Notes under the pieces: generated by a model
Told to the model about the DNA's origin: nothing
The model's database searches: none
The model's input: only the letters and a program-made list of their open reading frames with translations
DNA from: Carpediemonas membranifera BICM
Lineage: Eukaryota; Protista; Fornicata
NCBI GenBank assembly: GCA_019828565.1
Contig: JAHDYR010000023.1
Span: 1 to 18,544 of the forward strand
DNA length: 18,544 nucleotides
Direction of reading: 5' to 3'
Shown here: positions 17,201-18,544 of the stretch, in pieces
Numbering within the stretch: the first letter of the stretch is position 1
How the letters are laid out: each line of letters starts with the position of its first letter
Position numbers and translations under genes: made by a program

Positions 17201-18061
17201 CACTATGGCTCCCCGACATGCTTGATTACCGATGGTGGCTCACAGTACCATAACAGAACCATCAGAGAATTTTGCCAAGACCACGGTATAAGACACGAGA
17301 TCGGTACGCCTTATCATCCTGCGGGACAGGGTGCTGTTGAAAGAGCGAACAAAGAGGTGAAGAGACACCTACGCGCCTGGATTCTCGAACATGACGACGA
17401 CTGGGAGGACGCCTTACCACGAATCACGAATATAATCAACAACGCACCTCTAACCGCCTCCAACCTGTCGCCGTACGAAGTCCTATACGCCAGGGACGTC
17501 CACGAACCGACTAGACAACCTTCCCTCACCGTCGACCACTTCCGTACCACCCTACGCTGTTTACAGAGCAGACAACGCGCTGTCGGTGGCCAAACTCCAG
17601 CGCAGAGCCATCCAGCGAGTCATCTCCTTGGATCCGCCGCCATGATCCAGCGCAAAACTGCCATAGGCATCGTACCCCGGGGCCCGGTCCGGGTCATCTC
17701 CACCAATCCCGACCGCCCCAACACCTACGTCGTTCAAGACCTCACCACTGACCACCGCCTGACAGTACATGCCTCTGAGCTTTACCAGTTCGAGGGCAGC
17801 TACACTGACGCTGAGCTCAAACACTGGGCAGCCCGCAACGAAGGAGAGTACGTGGTTAGGAAGGTTGCTGACCATCGCCGACAAGCGGGCAACCTTCAGT
17901 TCCTCCTCTTGTGGGAGGGTTACGATGACGACGAAGGCACATGGACCGATTACAGCCGCGAAATCGATGGATTAGCTGCCCTGGACGCATACATTAATGA
18001 GCATCCGAGATTGAAGCTTCCATCGCTCAGGAAGGGACGCCACGCCGGTAAATCCCCCTGA
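14207..18061 (+). CDS. gag-pol: Gag-Pol polyprotein: gag, aspartic protease, RT, RNase H, integrase, chromodomain
   Basis: Protease ALYDTGA...IIG; RT LCLDFRRLN, MPFGL and YIDD; RNase H TDAS...ADTLSR; integrase H-H-CPVC, ADTIGP, TDGG and VERAN; chromodomain EYVVRKVADHR...LWEGYDDDEGTW. Confidence 0.97.
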   Translation: MNVEQLSTFLAPYLTSTKPKAWYSFREAFIAHYARNAASKPLIFDYVAATVLKIMFLECPDLEDLITRAREVTQQPRAAPRDPLLFLAPPESDTDDDTESDTDSSVSDESEHLPVHTPETPNDFNKRFISMVNDIFGPLDRQDALDRFDSITFDTASKNVYESMLYYTLIYQRTLENCASVPPKQSSLVAKFLKGIRNDRLRERCKTFEDKSSIANTMRAALSQAKKMQQAEKESHKSRKKDVNDRSYAHDFLAATVEEYLDAMSAETPEDDQAEHRPVFKVRLHGSSVRALYDTGATANFLHEAKAKSLGLTPIPECHRVRLMSGQLINTSHVAYDTVLYPSVTGRPLSVRTKFILISLDHYDAIIGFPLLRSAGLIEIPSPDPTPSNQNDDDEMFENEVERTAPEYVQFAEASQRIVEKFPGLFGDISSPSKLPAFSLKTKNDQVINCFPYRHGKQVEDEVNRQVKELLALDVIEPSDSAFNNPIVMAKKRGNKRRLCLDFRRLNLITQAEEHPLPLIDDLIDHLQGQQFYATLDLSKAFHQIIINQDSRKYTAFVAGGKKYQYKRMPFGLRNAPIHCQKAMEHILGQSLYTQCLAYIDDIVVFGANRDEFLKNLEDVLARIHAAGLKLNPSKTVIGATSIDYLGWRVDKDGKRISPDRLEAIHDLKEPTSLTDARALLGFANYFRALIERYVDMTEPITELTRAAEKFVWGDRQHDAFEQIKRELLLQRTLVHPCPDEHLHIFTDASDYGIGGVLMNAEFKPIAFFAKTLTPQQRRWSTIEKECYALYFGTTKFRRYLAGRDFTAHLDHRNLVYMDRSLNSKVIRWSLALSEYSFDIVHVPGSDNSVADTLSRLVHLDETSVEPSPPPEAHRESFQEAHGGDAGHLGRDATCKRIIAADKGWPGMRRDVTAWIRQCPVCQLTRLKLSPFPQATHPMTGSRPFEVVEADTIGPLSLPGQHRYAVVIIDTFTRLTQAYPTKSTDAVSARSALSTWMKHYGSPTCLITDGGSQYHNRTIREFCQDHGIRHEIGTPYHPAGQGAVERANKEVKRHLRAWILEHDDDWEDALPRITNIINNAPLTASNLSPYEVLYARDVHEPTRQPSLTVDHFRTTLRCLQSRQRAVGGQTPAQSHPASHLLGSAAMIQRKTAIGIVPRGPVRVISTNPDRPNTYVVQDLTTDHRLTVHASELYQFEGSYTDAELKHWAARNEGEYVVRKVADHRRQAGNLQFLLLWEGYDDDEGTWTDYSREIDGLAALDAYINEHPRLKLPSLRKGRHAGKSP

Positions 18062-18478
18062 GACGTGTGCTGTTGATGTTGTTTGATGAAGAAAGAAGAG
18101 AAGAAGAGGAAAAGTGATTGCAATCACGAGGATAATGATAATGAACGCAAATGATCACCTAAGAGAGAGAGAGAGCGTGAACTCGCCGAAACGAACTAAT
18201 GAGAAGCGATGAAACTGAAGAAGCGAGACAGAAGCGCGAAAGAGACAGAAATGGAGAAGAATGAAGTATAGAGCGTGAAGAAGATCATAGTTACGTACCA
18301 ATCCGTCGTCACTGGCAACTTAGACGCAATGACTCATTTTGTGCCAAATCTGACAAAAAGGACCAAATTTCCGAAGATCGCAAAAGGAATTTAGATTAGG
18401 TCTGGGGACGACAAGATCTTTTATATTTGATCGATATCTTTCAATTTGATGACAATCCACAATGTTATGGTGGAAGTC

Positions 18479-18488
18479 ATGGGGGCAG
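18479..18488 (+). promoter_or_regulatory. Short polypurine-like tract of element D
   Basis: ATGGGGGCAG lies immediately before the 3' LTR. Confidence 0.6.
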
Positions 18489-18544
18489 TGTAGTGGTCAC
18501 CTGACCCGTATATATTTAGGCCATATTTACCACTAGGGTTCGAC
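18489..18544 (+). repeat. 3' LTR of element D (partial)
   Basis: Exact copy of 14086-14141. Confidence 0.95.

Larger units (their letters stand above)
14086..18544 (+). mobile_element. Intact Ty3/Gypsy chromodomain LTR retrotransposon (element D); 3' LTR cut off by the window end
   Basis: Two LTR copies are identical over the 56 bp that can be compared. The single ORF is uninterrupted and a purine-rich tract precedes the 3' LTR. Confidence 0.97.

Noticed and set aside
1-18544. CRISPR arrays, rRNA genes or complete tRNA genes
   Set aside because: No regularly spaced repeats, rRNA signatures or full cloverleaf structures were seen by eye.

Overview
This is eukaryotic DNA from a compact, intron-poor genome; a protist is likely, but that is inference and the organism cannot be identified from the window. 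There are three zones. (1) 1-~5060 is a tightly packed cluster: a SET-domain methyltransferase whose N-terminus mimics the histone H3 tail, a caspase/CHAT-like His-Cys protein, a double zinc-finger (PHD) protein, a small helical ORF and a DIRS/Crypton-type tyrosine recombinase followed by a hairpin-dense tail. It is a candidate recombinase-mobilised element carrying chromatin cargo. (2) 5127-9887 holds GC3-rich host-like genes: three hypothetical proteins and proteasome lid subunit Rpn3. These are followed by a degraded zone (9950-11860) with a repeat-flanked insertion and zinc-finger pseudogene pieces. (3) 11860-18544 is a nest of four Ty3/Gypsy LTR-retrotransposon pieces: a 5' LTR plus gag (A), interrupted by a reverse-strand chromodomain element (B), which is itself hit by a solo LTR (C) and by an intact single-ORF gag-pol-chromodomain element (D). 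The LTRs are very short (about 65-120 bp). Elements A and D both have a 12-bp palindrome with a compensatory change where a tRNA primer-binding site should be. All protein calls come from recognising motifs by eye, not from database searches.
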